Shown: positions 56,462 through 64,000 of the stretch, piece by piece | Layout of the letters: the number at the start of each line of letters is the position of its first letter | Numbering within the stretch: position 1 is the first letter of the stretch | Program-made: the position numbers and the translations under genes | DNA from: the human T2T-CHM13v2.0 reference genome, Homo sapiens | Reading direction: 5' to 3' (one strand) | Length of the DNA stretch: 64,000 nucleotides | NCBI RefSeq assembly: GCF_009914755.1 | Contig: NC_060940.1 | The notes under the pieces: generated by a model | Told to the model about the DNA's origin: nothing | Database searches by the model: none | The model's input: the letters and a program-made list of their open reading frames with translations, nothing else

Positions 56462-58080
56462 TGAATATTATATCACTTTAGCCATTCCATTTGGTTTTAT
56501 ATGGCTTATGTAAGCTTTAAAATTTTTGGATAGTTCCTTACCTTCTTAAACTGCTTTTTTTAAAAAAATTTCTTATTTGTGGTTTTTCTTGGCCTTATGG
56601 TTTTTATTTACTATATGTGAAGTTTTTATGCAGCTAATTATCAATAGCCTTCAATATGTACACTTAAAAATCCTAGAGTAATAAAACATGTCATTTCCGC
56701 TCACCATCTTTTTCCTTGAGATTCTGTATAATGTGTTGGATCATATGGAGAGGCAGTAAATGGACCTGCATAGAATCAGTTAATGAAATTCTTTTTATCT
56801 AAAGATCTCAGAGGATTCAATTCTTTGAAAAGTGGTATGACTTGGAAGCCTTTTCTTTTTTAACTGTATCTTAGGCTCTGGTTTGGCTAGTTCATAACCC
56901 TACCACATCTTCAGTTCCTAGTTATACTCACATTTTAAGACAATCTAAGGACCCAGGATGTCAGTGGGATTACCGTTTATTTCCTTCTCTATTTACTATA
57001 AAATTTAAAATTTGCCCTAATGCTTCTTTTTCTTAGGATTGAAGAATTCAGAGTTTGGAGATATACATATGTGCACACACACACACATACACATACATAT
57101 GTAATGAAATATAGGTACTGCATTGTCTGGACTTTGGGGTTTTTGATAAGCCTTTGTTTTGCAGCTCATCATACCTTTACTGGTTCTGTTGTTTTTATAA
57201 AATTTGTATCTATACTGTAGTTCCTTTGGGAGAGGGCCATGGTCTTAAGGGTCATGTGCACCTTTACAAAGGGGCAGTGAACCTACTGAGTGGCCATGTT
57301 TGTGGTGATGAACTTTGCTGCAGAATGTATTTTCTAAGGGCAGGCACAGTAATGTATGCTAATTTTCTAACATCTTTCGTTGCCTACACAGGCGTACCAT
57401 GTTTCCTTGGTATCAGTATTTCCTAGTGTCTGTAATAGTCTTGCTGTGTATATTGGTCATACTCATTTTTTATTAAAAATAAAAACTTTGAAAAAGACAA
57501 AGTTCTGTAGTTCTGCCCTTGTACTGCTGTTTGCTTTCTTCATCTAGAGAGAAACTCATCATATATGTTAAACTTAGACCTAAATATAAATTTACCTAAG
57601 TCAATCCTTTTGATAGAGATAACTTATTTACATCTGTTGGAGGGGGGCAAAGTAATGAACTGCTACGTGGCGTTCCATGTCTCGTTTCATGACATTCTCC
57701 ATTAATAAATATACTCTAAAAGTAGATTCATAGAAATAAGAAAGAAATCATTTAGAAGTGGGTCCAGAGAAACTTACTTCATTTAAAGTCAAAGTACCCC
57801 CTCAAATTTGTATAACAATGAAATTTTGTTTTGTGTTTGAGATACTTTTTTATGTCTCTTATGGAAGTTGTTAAGAGCACATTTAGGTTGCAAGCCTTAT
57901 AATAAAAATTGTGCACAAAACTGTAGGTGCTTGTTCAACATAAGACCTGTGAAAGTCCCCTTTATGAACTCAAGTGTCATTTACTTTTTTTTGCAAAGAT
58001 GTTTTCTACCATATGACCTAGCAGCTCTTTTCAAGTATGTCATGTTTCAGATTGGATGACACATGGAATTTCTCTCTTAT

Positions 58081-58595
58081 TGTATTAGTCATCTTTGCTA
58101 TGTAACAAACTACCTCAGAACTTAGTTTAAAAGATTAAACATTTATTATTTCACAGCCCATGGGTCAGGAAATATGGGAGCAGCTAAGTTGGGTGGTGCT
58201 GGCTTGGGGTCTCTCATGAAGCTGCACTTAAGATGTCAGCTGGCTCTGCACTCATCTGAAGGGTTTACTGAGACTGGAAGACCCACTTCTGAGATGGCTC
58301 AGTCATATGGCTGTTGGCAGGAAGCCTCAGTTTCTCCCCAGCTGTTATTAGCAAGAGACCTTTCCAACTGAGCTGCTTTGAGTGTCCTCATGACATAGCA
58401 GATGGTTTCCTCCAGAGCAAGTGATCCAAGAAAACGAGATAAAAAAATACAGTGCTTTTTATGACCTAGCCTCAGAAGTCACATTTATATACAGTATCCT
58501 ATTTATTACACAAGTCATCCCTATTCAGTGTAGGCAGGATTTACACAAGGGCTTAGATACTAGGAGTTACGTATGATCAGGAGCCAGCCTGCTAT
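58081..58595. mobile_element. MLT1 (MaLR) LTR
   Basis: tgtattagtcatctttgctatgtaacaaactacctcagaacttag...ggggtctctcatga...tgacctagcctcagaagtcac. Confidence 0.78.
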
Positions 58596-58730
58596 TTTTA
58601 GCAGTAGTTTTTAGTTGAACTTCGTTAGAGAGATTTTTTAAGGTGGGATTTTTTTTCCTTGTACACTAAGACTTTTATTTTAAAGATAGGTATTTTATTC
58701 TATTATTTTCTATTACTATTTACTAAGTTG

Positions 58731-58772
58731 TTGTGTACATGTTTTTGTGTACATGTTTTGTGTACATGTTTT
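58731..58772. repeat. ~14-bp tandem repeat x3 (ttgtgtacatgttt)
   Basis: Directly visible. Confidence 0.9.
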
Positions 58773-59079
58773 CTCTTTAAAATATTAAATTTTTTTTCTG
58801 GCTTTTATTTGTTGTATGGAAGCTTTGTGTCCTAGATTCTACCTTTTGCTATGAGATGGTTATCAGGCTGAACTTGAGGGGTTTCTATCTCAAAAGTTGG
58901 AACAAATCTTTTCTATAAGTAATCTTAGAGGCATTATAAGGTATTCTTAGCTCCTGCTTGTCATCAGTTTACACAGAGAAATAAGTAAGTTGTTCAAAAC
59001 TATTTATGGATGGTTTTTCCTCTAAAAATAGAAAGATAACACTGTCCTTGTTTCTAAAATTATATGTAGCAATAGTAAT

Positions 59080-59310
59080 AATGACTAACATTATATAGAA
59101 CTTATGTGCTGTCACTGTTCAAAGTGCTTTGCATATAGAAAAACTTATTTAATCCTTACAGCAACTCTGTCAGGTAGGTACAGTTACTATCTTCATTTTA
59201 CAAATGACCAAAATAATGCAGAGAGCCACTAAGTGGCTTATCAAGGTCGCACATGTAGTACGTGGCAGGGCTTGGATTTAAACCAAGTAGTCTGACTCAA
59301 GAGTTCATTT
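59080..59310 (-). mobile_element. MIR
   Basis: ttatttaatccttacagcaactctgtcaggtagg...cattttacaaatga...ggatttaaacc. Confidence 0.7.
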
Positions 59311-59609
59311 TCTATGCTGACAGTGAGTGTTAGATCTCTGTTTAACCTGTACAGATATGAGTGACATATATGTCATGTGGCAACATCATATTCAAGCTTC
59401 AAAGGCAGCCAAAGAGACCTAAGGCTTACAGGTTTATTCATGTATAGTTGTTTCTATTTGGTCATGCATCCTTGCATGGATTATACAACTATCTGATAAA
59501 CATTTATTGAGTTTCCATAATGGGCCAAACAGTGAGAATATAAAAATGAAAAAAGAATTTAGTCTGTAACATCATGCAGTCCATATTATTGTGGGGAAAA
59601 CAGAGAATG

Positions 59610-63020
<3,411 letters not shown>

Positions 63021-63289
63021 CCGTGATTTGGATTCCGTTTGTTTTTCAGTAATTATTGTTTATGTAACTTTATATTTGTACCTTCCCCTACTGCCAAAGA
63101 AAACCTTTTTATCCTGCAGTTCAGTCATTTTATAAGATCCATTAACCCTGGAGTCCCAGTGTGTTTTTTAACTGCCTTAAAAAAAATACTTTAATATGCT
63201 GCATACATTTTGCTACATTTAAACATCTATATACAACACTTTTAATGGCTGTCTGACATTCTGTAACATGTGTCAGAAATATACAACCA

Positions 63290-63448
63290 GGCTGGGTGGG
63301 GTGGCTCACGCCTGTAATCCCAGCACTTTGAGAGGCTGAGGCTGGTGGATCACCTGAGGTCAGGAGTTCGAGACCAGCCTGGCCAACATAGTGAAACCCT
63401 GTATCTACTAAAAATACAAAAATTACCTGGGAGTGGTGGTGCGTGCCT
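63290..63448 (+). mobile_element. AluS, 3'-truncated
   Basis: Left arm and linker intact; stops ~25 nt into the right arm, no A tail. Confidence 0.88.
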
Positions 63449-64000
63449 TTTTCTTTGCAGTATCTGTGTATTTTGAATCAGTTACTATTGACCACATATT
63501 CTCAGCCACCATGGGAATGAAGCTACTAATGATAAGATTAGGGGCTAACGTTAGTATTCATTTGTGTTTGATCTGCTAATAACATTCTTTGAGGATATTT
63601 TTTCCAGTTCTGAAATTCCTTCATTCAGTATCCCCGTGTTGCCTGACTGGGAAGTCTTAAAAGGGAACACTTTAATATTTTTCTTTTTACTATATCATGA
63701 AAATTCTACTTGACTCACTTACGATTTTTAAAAATCTTTTAAAATTTTTTTAAAAATTCTTTTATGGGAATTTTTAAATCAAGTTATATTATTTGTTATC
63801 CAGTGGTATTGAAAAGTGGCTATTACTTTTTAGTTGGCTTTAGTATTCTGAGTCAGGCAAAGTTTGTGAATTTTCAGTAGAATTTTTATTATAATTACAT
63901 AAATTATCCATTTTTTCCCTAAAATCTTGAAATCCTGGGATGAAAGTTCTTTAGTATTGCATACGGTTCACTTGTCACCTGCAGGAGAGGGAGAATTCCC

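Noticed and set aside
59022-59031. Perfect MEF2 site CTAAAAATAG
   Set aside because: A single AT-rich 10-mer class match is expected by chance in 64 kb of AT-rich DNA; no supporting cluster.

Overview
Primate (human-type) genomic DNA containing the 5' part of PHKB (phosphorylase kinase regulatory subunit beta) on the + strand. The window opens in a CpG-rich promoter. It holds coding exon 1 (ATG at 169), a cassette exon 2 encoding an alternative N-terminus (MACSPDAVVSPSSAFLRS), and five further coding exons. Exon 1 plus those five exons splice through GT-AG sites into an open 594-nt frame (198 aa, [13 protein letters not shown]...LQIIYNTDE); the gene continues past the window end. About 99% of the window is intron, rich in Alu, L1, L2, MIR, hAT DNA transposons and LTR elements, including a MER9 solo LTR and two adjacent truncated antisense ERV1 proviruses. 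Nearly all ORFs in the supplied track are spurious repeat- or chance-derived frames. I see no evidence for a wholly new multi-gene system. The most unusual items are: (i) a 28S rRNA fragment joined by a ~45-nt spacer to a tailless 5S rRNA copy, interrupting a MIR; (ii) the cassette exon, which turns the exon-1 start into a 30-codon uORF and changes the context of the Ser27 phosphosite; (iii) a fold-back, templated-insertion-like scar inside the ERV; (iv) several local duplications and deletion scars. Repeat subfamily names come from recalled consensus sequences and repeat boundaries are approximate unless a TSD is quoted.
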